DNA of 64,000 nucleotides. Origin: Candidatus Methylomirabilia bacterium (GTDB taxonomy: Bacteria > Methylomirabilota > Methylomirabilia > Rokubacteriales > CSP1-6). Shown in pieces: positions 36,414 through 44,159 of the stretch (the first letter of the stretch is position 1; each line of letters begins with the position of its first letter). The stretch is from NCBI GenBank assembly GCA_041492755.1, contig JBGPXN010000002.1:14883-78882 (forward strand), in the 5' to 3' direction. The notes under the pieces were generated by a model. It saw nothing but the letters and a program-made list of their open reading frames with translations, had not been told where the DNA came from and made no database searches. The translations under genes and the position numbers were made by a program.

Positions 36414-36491
36414 GGGCTCGTGGTGCAGCCTGGTTAGCACACTGGACTGTCAATCCAGAGGCCGCGGGTTCAAATCCCGTCGAGCCCGCCA
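36414..36491 (+). tRNA. tRNA-Asp (anticodon GTC)
   Basis: Acceptor GGGCTCG/CGAGCCC, D arm GTGC-AGCCTGGTTA-GCAC, anticodon arm CTGGA-CTGTCAA-TCCAG, T arm GCGGG-TTCAAAT-CCCGT, encoded GCCA end. Confidence 0.9.
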
Positions 36492-36500
36492 CTAATCCAA

Positions 36501-36537
36501 ACACGTAGGGCCGGGGTGAGCACCCGGCCCTACGTGT
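36501..36537 (+). terminator. Perfect 15-bp-stem hairpin immediately after tRNA-Asp
   Basis: ACACGTAGGGCCGGG-GTGAGCA-CCCGGCCCTACGTGT. Only a short CTT follows, so rho-independent function is uncertain. Confidence 0.4.
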
Positions 36538-36792
36538 CTTGTAGCGGTTCTGTAGCGGTCAACGAGCCCGCCCCCTCGATCGCGCGACGCTTCTCGATGA
36601 TCGCGGCGAGTTCGGCATCGAGGTCCGGCGCCGGCCCGCGCGTCAGGCGGGTGAGGAGAATGGCGCGCGTCGTGCGCTCGATGGACAATCACAAATGCGG
36701 CCTGGGCACGGCGCAGCGTAGGCGGCGAGCGTGACGGAGGGCACTACCACGGATCGGATACCGTCGGGTTCCGCTCACACAACGTCCGGCGC

Positions 36793-37443
36793 ATGAGTCC
36801 TCGGTCGTCGCGATGGGCTATCGTCCTGGCCGTGGTCGTGTTGATCGGGGCCCTCATTGCTGGGCTCCCGACAACTCGAGAGCCGATTCTCAGGGCCGCT
36901 GGAGGGGTTCTCGTAGCCAGCGATCCGCTCGGGCCGGCCGAGATCATCGTCATCGCGGTGGATGCCGGCGGCGCCGGCGTGCTCGAAGCCGCGGACCTGG
37001 TTCACGGCGGTATCGCGCCGCGGGTCGCGATCTTCGCCGATCCTCCCGACGCTCTGGATCGCGAGTTCCTGCGCCGTGGACTCCCCTATGAAGACGCGGC
37101 CGCACGCTCCGCCCGTCAACTCCGGTCGCTCGGGGTGACCGCCGTCGAGCTGATCCCCAGAGCTGTCGCCGGAACCGAGGCCGAGGGGGAGGCGCTTCCC
37201 GGTTGGTGCGACCAGCATCAGTTCCGCTTCATCGTCGTCGTAACCTCAACCGACCATGCGCGGCGGTTACGCCGAGTCCTCCGCCGATCCATGAAGGGGC
37301 GTCAGACAACGGTCATGGTGCGACCCGCCCGCTACTCGGCATTCGATCCCGATCGATGGTGGGAAACTCGCGCGGGTCTCCGCGAGGGAATCATCGAGCT
37401 CCAGAAGCTGTTGCTCGACGTCGTGCGTCACCCGATTTCATGA
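36793..37443 (+). CDS. YdcF/ElyC (DUF218) family protein
   Basis: N-terminal TM anchor, then AEIIVIAVDAGG...GIAPRVAIFAD...FRFIVVVTSTDHARRLRRVL, the DUF218 layout. Confidence 0.6.
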   Translation: MSPRSSRWAIVLAVVVLIGALIAGLPTTREPILRAAGGVLVASDPLGPAEIIVIAVDAGGAGVLEAADLVHGGIAPRVAIFADPPDALDREFLRRGLPYEDAAARSARQLRSLGVTAVELIPRAVAGTEAEGEALPGWCDQHQFRFIVVVTSTDHARRLRRVLRRSMKGRQTTVMVRPARYSAFDPDRWWETRAGLREGIIELQKLLLDVVRHPIS

Positions 37444-38281
37444 GGTATACCGCGTCGCGGGTCAAGCCAGCATTGGCACCCGGCCGATCACCGCCGCCGA
37501 CCGCGGTCCGCCGCTCTGGGCCTCGCCGGTACGACCACCCGGCGCGACTTCACGGCCTCGGCCCTCACCGCGTCCGGCGTGTTGGTGAGCGCAGCAGCCA
37601 TGTCTTCGACGGCACGATGCGATCGCGCCGGTTGATCGAGTCTGCTCCTCACCGCCCTCCGGGTCCTTCCGGCGGCGCGCGTCAGGCGAAGGGAAAGCAC
37701 GGCCCGGATCAACGGCCGCGCGGAATTTCCCCTCCCGGGCTCGGCCACGCGGCGCGCGTGTCATGGGCCAACCGTCCGCGCGTGCGTACGCTGCGAACGT
37801 GGCCCCAGGGGTCGTCGCAGTACCCATTGCAGCCCTCGTGCGGGCCGGTCAGCTTGAACAGCAGCAACGACAGCGCACCGATCAGTCGCTTCATATCCAC
37901 CTCCGAATTCGACGCCAGGGGACCAGGGATGGCGGCAAATATCACGCCAAAGCCCGAATAGGACGATCCCATCGGCTCCCGGCCATTTCCGCAACACCCC
38001 ATGGCCGACCGATACGCGAATCATTCACTGGGTGCGCAACGGTGTTGCAGGCTCCGCAGAGACTTGCCTCAGGTGACCCGTAACCGGGCGCGGCGTGCCC
38101 ATCGACCAACGGGCGCGCTGATGGCGACCTGCCGCGACCGTCTTGACCTTGGTTGGGTGTGGGCGCAGTATCCCAGCCGTTGATCGAGGCCTTCACCGAT
38201 CCTCATCGACGTGTGGCGCGGCCAGCCCCCGACAGGAGCCCGGCGAGCCCGCACGTCCAACGAGCACCATGCGGAGGTCCC

Positions 38282-39298
38282 ATGAGCACCAGCAGGCGCA
38301 CGTTTCTGACGACCGCCACCGCCGCCGCAGTGATGGCTTCCTCGCCGCGTGTCTTCGCCGAGTGGGAGCCCAGTCAGCGGTATCCGGATCCCGCCGTCAA
38401 GCTGATCGATCCGAGCTTTGGGCGCTATCGGCTGAACCTGGCGAGGGTCGAGCGTTTGGGGACAGGGTTCCGCTGGTGCGAGGGGCCGGTGTGGTTCGGG
38501 GACGGACGCTATCTGCTCTGGAGCGACATCCCGAACAACCGGATCATGCGCTGGGACGAAGAGACGGGGGCCGTCAGCGTCTACCGCAAGCCGTCGAATT
38601 TCTCCAACGGCAACACGCGCGACCGCCAGGGGCGACTCGTCACGTGCGAGCACGGCACTCGGCGGGTCACACGCACGGAGTACGACGGCAGCGTCACCGT
38701 CATCGCCGACAAGTTCGAGGGCAAGCCGCTCAACTCGCCGAACGACGTGGTGTGCAAATCCGACGGCTCGATCTGGTTCAGCGATCCACCGTTCGGCATC
38801 CTCGGTTTGTACGAGGGCTACGTCGCCAAAGTGGAACTGCCCACGAACGTGTATCGCGTCGACGGCAAGACCGGGAACATCACGGTCGCGGCGGGCGACG
38901 TGAACCGGCCGAACGGACTGTGCTTCTCACCGGACGAGTCGAAGCTCTACATCATCGAAGGCGGCGTCACTCCGCGCATCATCCACGCCTACGACATGGT
39001 CGATGGCGGCACCCGGCTCGCCAACAAGCGCAAGCTCATCGACGCCGGGCCGGGGACGCCGGACGGCATGCGCTGCGACGTGGACGGCAACATCTGGTGC
39101 GGCTGGGGCATGGGGCAGGAGGGGCTCGACGGTGTCTGGGTGTTCAACCCCGACGGCAAGCACATCGGCCGTATCGACCTGCCCGCGCGCTGCGCCAACC
39201 TCTGCTTCGGCGGCGTGCAGCGCAACCGGCTGCTCATGTGCGGCAGCACGGCGATGTACTCGCTCTACGTCAACACGCAGGGCGCGGTCGGCGGCTGA
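38282..39298 (+). CDS. Tat-signal SMP-30/gluconolactonase/LRE-family beta-propeller
   Basis: MSTSRRTFLTTATAAAVMASSPRVFA twin-arginine signal. CEGPVWFGDGRYLLWSDIPNNRIMRWD, NSPNDVVCKSDGSIWFSDP, RPNGLCFSPDESKLYI and PDGMRCDVDGNIW are the classic blades. Confidence 0.85.
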   Translation: MSTSRRTFLTTATAAAVMASSPRVFAEWEPSQRYPDPAVKLIDPSFGRYRLNLARVERLGTGFRWCEGPVWFGDGRYLLWSDIPNNRIMRWDEETGAVSVYRKPSNFSNGNTRDRQGRLVTCEHGTRRVTRTEYDGSVTVIADKFEGKPLNSPNDVVCKSDGSIWFSDPPFGILGLYEGYVAKVELPTNVYRVDGKTGNITVAAGDVNRPNGLCFSPDESKLYIIEGGVTPRIIHAYDMVDGGTRLANKRKLIDAGPGTPDGMRCDVDGNIWCGWGMGQEGLDGVWVFNPDGKHIGRIDLPARCANLCFGGVQRNRLLMCGSTAMYSLYVNTQGAVGG

Positions 39299-39321
39299 GG
39301 CGCATCGCCCCTTCGAGGGGC

Positions 39322-39957
39322 ATGATCGACGCGCTGTCACGGCCGGCCGCACTGAGCATGCGCGGACTTCGGCTCCTCGGCGCGGCCGCGTTGCTCGCCT
39401 TCCTTGCCGTCGCGTTCACGCCGCTCGCCGACACGCTGGCGCACCGGCTCGTCGAGCCGGCCCCGCTCGGCCCGGCCGACGCCATCATCGTGCTCGGCGC
39501 GGGGCTCGGGGCCGATGGCGGGCTCAGCGATCAGTCCCTCGGCCGCTTCGTGTACGGCGTGCGTCTCTATCGCCGCGGCCTGGCTCCCGTCCTCGTGTTC
39601 ACGGGTGGTCCGGCGGCGCGCGGACGACCGGAGGCCGAAGTGCGGGCGGCGCTGGCGCGTGAGCTCGGAGTGCCCGCTACGGACATCATCGTGGTCGCCG
39701 CGGCCCGCACGACGCGCGAAGAAGCGCTCCGCGTGAAGGACGATCTCGGTGCCCGCGGGGTGAGCCGGATCCTGCTCGTGACGGGCGGCAGTCACATGGA
39801 GCGAGCCCGTGCGCTGTTCAGGCGGGCCGGGTTCACCGTGCAGGCCGCGCCGCTGACCGAGGCAGCCACCTCGCCCGAGGACCGCCTGGATCTCATGCGC
39901 CGCGTGCTTCAGGAAGTCGTGGCACGCGCCTACTATCGGCTCGCCGGCTGGCTCTGA
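39322..39957 (+). CDS. YdcF (DUF218) family protein
   Basis: TM anchor, DAIIVLGAG, APVLVFTGG, EAEVRAALARELGVPATDIIV, RILLVTGGSHMERARALF. Confidence 0.75.
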   Translation: MIDALSRPAALSMRGLRLLGAAALLAFLAVAFTPLADTLAHRLVEPAPLGPADAIIVLGAGLGADGGLSDQSLGRFVYGVRLYRRGLAPVLVFTGGPAARGRPEAEVRAALARELGVPATDIIVVAAARTTREEALRVKDDLGARGVSRILLVTGGSHMERARALFRRAGFTVQAAPLTEAATSPEDRLDLMRRVLQEVVARAYYRLAGWL

Positions 39958-39960
39958 GGC

Positions 39961-40266
39961 ATGCGCGAGGCCAGCCTCGTCATCGCGGTGCTCGTGGCGA
40001 GCTCGGTCGCCGCTTACCTGATCGGCACACGCCGCCGCGGGGTGCGCATGAGGGACGTGCCGGCGGCCGTCGGCTTCACGCTCGAGTCGCTGGGCCTGGG
40101 CGTCATCTTCTTCGCCGTGAACGTCGGCGTGGGGATGGCGGTCGGCATCGCGAGCCGGGCCCTCGGCGTCGCGTTCATCCCGCTGTACCTCATCGGCGAC
40201 TGGACGCTGCCGGTGCTCTCGCTTCTTCAGGGGCTGACGTTCCGGCGCTGGCTCGCGTCGCGCTAG
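39961..40266 (+). CDS. Small integral membrane protein, hypothetical
   Basis: 101-aa ORF starting 3 nt after the previous stop, with three predicted TM helices. Confidence 0.5.
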   Translation: MREASLVIAVLVASSVAAYLIGTRRRGVRMRDVPAAVGFTLESLGLGVIFFAVNVGVGMAVGIASRALGVAFIPLYLIGDWTLPVLSLLQGLTFRRWLASR

Positions 40267-40370
40267 CGCCTCGCACCCGATTTCACGATTGGGTGGCGCG
40301 GGGTCTCGGCGGCATCCCGCTTGCTCCCGCAGTCCCACACTTGCGCCGATGCGGGGCGCAAATCGGGACG

Positions 40371-40610
40371 ATGGGAGGGAACGTCGTGGTTGGCAGCTTC
40401 ATGCTCGGCATGATCGTGGGCGGTGCGGCCGTGTGGTTCTGGGGCGAGCAGATGCGCGAGTACGTCGACGACAAGACGTGGGCGATGCGTGCTCGGGCGG
40501 CCGAAGGGTTGGGGGCGGCGGCTGACACCTTGCAGTCTGCCCGAGAGACGGTCGAGGGTGGGTTGTCCGGTGCCTCGCCTGGGCCGGGTGGGCGGGAGAC
40601 TGCCGCCTGA
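40371..40610 (+). CDS. Small membrane-anchored hypothetical protein (YtxH-like layout)
   Basis: ATG 40371. One TM helix (VVVGSFMLGMIVGGAAVWFW) followed by a helical tail. Confidence 0.4.
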   Translation: MGGNVVVGSFMLGMIVGGAAVWFWGEQMREYVDDKTWAMRARAAEGLGAAADTLQSARETVEGGLSGASPGPGGRETAA

Positions 40611-40629
40611 CCTCTCGTTGTTTCGGGCC

Positions 40630-40692
40630 GGGGTGCGGCATCGACTCCGAGCGACTTCGTCTGCGCGGAGCGAGGGGTCGATGCCGCACCCC
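40630..40692. repeat. Palindromic element (16-bp perfect arms) between convergent genes
   Basis: GGGGTGCGGCATCGAC (40630..40645) and GTCGATGCCGCACCCC (40677..40692). The 31-nt loop contains a nested CTCCG...CGGAG stem. Likely a bidirectional terminator or REP. Confidence 0.7.
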
Positions 40693-40803
40693 CGACCCGG
40701 GCAAGCGGCTCACCCCGTCACTCGGCGCCAGCGGCCATGCGCGCATGGAAGGGCCGCTCCCGCGGGACTCACCGGAACGGGGGTGGGTATCAGCGCCGGT
40801 CGG

Positions 40804-41241
40804 TCAGCCTGTGGAGCCGAAGCCTCCGGCGCCGCGAGTGGTGGACGGGAGTTCGTCGACCGGGGTCAGCGTGACGTGTTCGATGCGCTGGACGACGAGT
40901 TGGGCGACGCGATCGCCACGCGCCACCGCCACCGCGGCGCGAGGGTCGTGGTTCACCAACAGGACTTGGACCTCGCCGCGGTAGCCGGCGTCGATGAGGC
41001 CGGGAGCGTTGAGGACGGTCAGGCCGTGGCGCAGGGCGAGACCGGAGCGGGGAAGGACGAAGCCGGCGTGGCCGTCGGGGATGGCGATGGCGAGGCCGGT
41101 GCGGACCAGGGCGCGCGCGCCGGCTTCGATCGTGACCGACTCCGCGGCGTAGAGATCGAGGCCGGCATCCGATTCGCGGGCGTAGGCCGGGAGTGGTAGC
41201 GAGGGATCGAGCCTCGTGACGAGCACGCGGAGCGGGCTCAC
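40804..41241 (-). CDS. dut: dUTP diphosphatase
   Basis: GTG start. [28 protein letters not shown] and [10 protein letters not shown] are the dUTPase motifs. Confidence 0.9.
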   Translation of the reverse strand: MSPLRVLVTRLDPSLPLPAYARESDAGLDLYAAESVTIEAGARALVRTGLAIAIPDGHAGFVLPRSGLALRHGLTVLNAPGLIDAGYRGEVQVLLVNHDPRAAVAVARGDRVAQLVVQRIEHVTLTPVDELPSTTRGAGGFGSTG

Positions 41242-41322
41242 GGCGAGCGCATACTAGCACGCGGTCTTCGTGTGCCTTGCGTGGCCTCGCGCCACGCGGG
41301 AGCGTCGAACGTCGTGTCCACG

Positions 41323-41571
41323 TCCGCGCTCGCCGGTGTGACCGTGCTCGATCTCGCCACCTTCCTCGCGGCCCCGTGTGCGCCATGCTGCTCGGTGAAT
41401 TCGGCGCCGACGTCATCAAAGTGGAGCACACGTCCGGGCGCGAGAGAACATCGTGTGGATGGCGGTGGAAGACCTCGGCGTGCTGCTGATGCCGGGCCGT
41501 CCCAGCCGGGGCAGGACAACGAGGAAATCTACGGAGGGCGGCTCGGCCTGGCTTTCGCGGCGAGGGCCGTT
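41323..41571 (+). pseudogene. Remnant of a family III CoA-transferase (CaiB/BaiF-like) with frameshift and large internal deletion
   Basis: LAGVTVLDLATFLAAP (one frame) continues as VCAMLLGEFGADVIKVEH in the -1 frame (a missing G at ~41369..41372). About 60 nt later only the C-terminal-like GQDNEEIYGGRLGL remains, so ~300 codons are absent. Confidence 0.55.
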
Positions 41572-43534
41572 ACTTCTCGGAGCCCGGACGCTCCTGGTCG
41601 GTGGCGACCACCATCTCGGACAGGCGCTTGAGCACTTCCATGGTGAGCTCGGGACGGTTGCGGATCAGCCACTCCAGCCGCTGATACTTCAGCACCAGCA
41701 GCTCGGTGTCGTTGGTGGCGATGGCGGACGCGGACCGGGCGGCCTTGCGGAAGAGCGCCATCTCGCCGAAGAGGTCGCCTTCGCCATACTTGGCCAGCGT
41801 GCGCTCCGAGCCGTTGAAGCGCTTCTTGATCTCGACCACCCCGGAGTGCACCACGTACGCCTCGCCCTTGGCGTCGTCACCTTCGTTGAAGATCACGGTC
41901 GACGGCCCGTACTTCCGGCGCTCGACGTCGCCGAGCGTGAGGTTCTTGTAGATCTCGAGCCCGATCGACGGCAGGTGGCCCTTGGACTCGACCGGCAGGC
42001 GCGCGTTCGTCCATCCGCCCAGTCCGCCCTTGAGGATGCGCGCGCCCGTGTAGCCGGTGGCGTGCAGCTTGTGGACGACCTTCTCGCTCGTCTGCTCCTC
42101 CGGGCTCGTACAGTACGCCACGATCATCTGCTTCTTGTCGGCGTCGAGATTGAAGCGGCCGGCCAGCGCCTCGTCGGGATCGATGCGGATGGAGCCGGGC
42201 AGCTTGAGCGGACTGGTGTCGTAATCGCTCTGGGTGCGGACGTCGACGAGCAGCGGGTTCGCGCCCTTCTCGATCGCCGCGATGACCTGCCTGGGGAGGA
42301 TGCGGAATCGGTTCTTCCACCAGCGCCGGCCCCACATGCCGCCGTAGACGCCCCCGCTCAGCAGCGTCACGCCGAGGGTTGCCAACGCCCACGGAAACGG
42401 CCGTGGCGGCGGGTTCTTGACCTTCTCCTCCGCGTCGTCGAGGGCGCGCTTGACGTCGGTCAGGTTCGGCAGCAGCTTGTTGGCTTCGCCGATCTTGGCC
42501 GCCGCCGTCGCGTAGCGCTCCCCGAACAGCGCGGTAACGCCCGCGGCCCACGGTTCGTTGAACCGGCTGTCGCCGGGCTTCTGGACGGGGGTGTCGGCGA
42601 GGAATTTCAGGACGTCCTTGGCCGGGATCAGGAAATTGAAGCCCTGCACGATGGCGCCGCCGCTCTGCGACAGCGACACGAACGTCAGGACGGCGGCCAC
42701 CGCGGCCTCGTTGTCGATGGCGGGCCCACCGCTGTTGCCGTGGGCGGCCGGCGCGTCGGACTGGATCACGTCCTGCCCGATGGCGTCCGTCTGGAACCCG
42801 GACACGGCCCCGTTCGTGGCGGACGACTGGATCGCCACGCTCTGGTTCAGCAGCTCGTTGGAGAGGACGACGCCCGGAAAGCCGAGGATGTGGAGGGGAT
42901 CGCCGATCTTCGCGGCCTTGGTCGAGATCGGCAGTGCGGGATAGACACCGTCCTTCACCTTGAGCAGGGCGAGGTCGCGTCCCGAGTCCTTCAGGGGCTG
43001 GTTCGCCGTGTCGAGGTAGAGCGGCGGGCTGAACTTCTTGACCTCGGCCTCGAGCCGGGTCCCGTTCGAGAGCAGCACGCTGATCTGCGGTATGGGGGTG
43101 AACTTGGCGTTCGCCAGCGCGCGGTCACCGGCGTCCCGCCGGATCTGATCTTCGAGGTCGGGGCGCTGCCCGCGCATCAGGCCGCGGGCGCGCAGCACCG
43201 GCTCCACGCACGCCTGATCCACCGCGCTCTTCTTGAGCTCGTGGGTGACCCAGGGTGGTAGGCGATGCGCCGGGTCGACGACATGGGCGTTGGTGACCAG
43301 GTAGCCGCGGCCGTCGACGAACCAGCCGGTGCCGGTTTCCACGAACGGCGCCGGCTTCACCGTCGTCGGCCCCTGGCCGCAATTCATGGTGATCTCGGCG
43401 TCGACGCGGGTGGTGATGAGCGCGACCGCCGGCTTCGCCCTGAGGATAGCTTCCTGGACGCTGAGAGCGAGCGCGGGGAGCGGCGCGGCGATCCAGGCTA
43501 GCGCCAGCGCACTCTCGAGCAACAGCCGCTTCAT
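41570..43534 (-). CDS. Multidomain protein: secreted trypsin-like Ser protease - TM - rhodanese - cyclic-nucleotide-binding domain
   Basis: ATG 43534 gives the signal MKRLLLESALALAWIAAPLPALA. The S1 triad context is present (TNAHVV, DLALLKV, GNSGGPA), followed by a TM segment (WALATLGVTLLSGGVYGGMW). The rhodanese domain has LVDVRTQSDYD...IVAYCTSPEE and the cNMP domain has FNEGDDAKGEAYVVHSGVVEI...GEGDLFGEMALF...RSASAIA. Confidence 0.8.
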   Translation of the reverse strand: MKRLLLESALALAWIAAPLPALALSVQEAILRAKPAVALITTRVDAEITMNCGQGPTTVKPAPFVETGTGWFVDGRGYLVTNAHVVDPAHRLPPWVTHELKKSAVDQACVEPVLRARGLMRGQRPDLEDQIRRDAGDRALANAKFTPIPQISVLLSNGTRLEAEVKKFSPPLYLDTANQPLKDSGRDLALLKVKDGVYPALPISTKAAKIGDPLHILGFPGVVLSNELLNQSVAIQSSATNGAVSGFQTDAIGQDVIQSDAPAAHGNSGGPAIDNEAAVAAVLTFVSLSQSGGAIVQGFNFLIPAKDVLKFLADTPVQKPGDSRFNEPWAAGVTALFGERYATAAAKIGEANKLLPNLTDVKRALDDAEEKVKNPPPRPFPWALATLGVTLLSGGVYGGMWGRRWWKNRFRILPRQVIAAIEKGANPLLVDVRTQSDYDTSPLKLPGSIRIDPDEALAGRFNLDADKKQMIVAYCTSPEEQTSEKVVHKLHATGYTGARILKGGLGGWTNARLPVESKGHLPSIGLEIYKNLTLGDVERRKYGPSTVIFNEGDDAKGEAYVVHSGVVEIKKRFNGSERTLAKYGEGDLFGEMALFRKAARSASAIATNDTELLVLKYQRLEWLIRNRPELTMEVLKRLSEMVVATDQERPGSEK

Positions 43535-43707
43535 GGCCTCGAACCCTACCACGGAGAGCCGGTGTGTTGCTAGGTTCGTCGGGCGCGGCGCGTCCGGCCG
43601 GTCCCGGGGTGACGGCATCCTGACGTCCAGCGTCAGCCGATGACACGCTGACGCGACGTCGAGCGGCGGGATCCGAGCCGCCCCGCCCGAAAGTCGGCGG
43701 TTCCTCC

Positions 43708-44133
43708 GTGCAATTCGCCACGCGGTCTTGGCATGCTGGCTGCTACCACGGGTCCGGCGTGAGAGGCCAACGCGGATTCACCCTGATCGAGCTCATGATC
43801 GTCGTCGCGATCATCGGGATCCTCGCGTCGACCGCGGTGCTCGTTTTCGCGAACGTCACGAATCGAACACGGGGCGCGAAAGCGCAGGCGGACGTTCGAT
43901 CGCCGTCGACCGCCATCGTCGTGTCCAGCGCCCACGTGTCGGACTTTCCGCCGACGCTGGATGCGCTCACCGCCGTCGCCACCAACGCCCAGGGGTTGAC
44001 GGCCGGACCGTTCCTGGGCACGGTCCCGGTGCCGCCGGAGGGATGGGGCGCCGCCTATGGGTACGCGACGGCGGTGACCGGCACCTTCACCATTTCCGCC
44101 GCGGGCGACAACACGACCGTCTCCGGGCCGTAG
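43708..44133 (+). CDS. Type IV pilin / pseudopilin with prepilin N-terminal methylation motif
   Basis: GFTLIELMIVVAIIGILAS class III signal. The start is uncertain (GTG 43708 or GTG 43759). Confidence 0.75.
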   Translation: MQFATRSWHAGCYHGSGVRGQRGFTLIELMIVVAIIGILASTAVLVFANVTNRTRGAKAQADVRSPSTAIVVSSAHVSDFPPTLDALTAVATNAQGLTAGPFLGTVPVPPEGWGAAYGYATAVTGTFTISAAGDNTTVSGP

Positions 44134-44159
44134 ACCTCGGCGGGGGCAGCGCCCGACCG

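Noticed and set aside
36538-36702. 54-codon minus-strand ORF next to tRNA-Asp (TTG start; LSIERTTRAILLTRLTRGPAPDLDAELAAIIEKRRAIEGAGSLTATEPLQDT). I considered it as an integrase, excisionase or antitoxin remnant marking a second tRNA-linked island.
   Set aside because: It has no recognisable recombinase or RHH motif, no RBS and a non-ATG start. I also found no direct repeat of the tRNA-Asp 3' end downstream.
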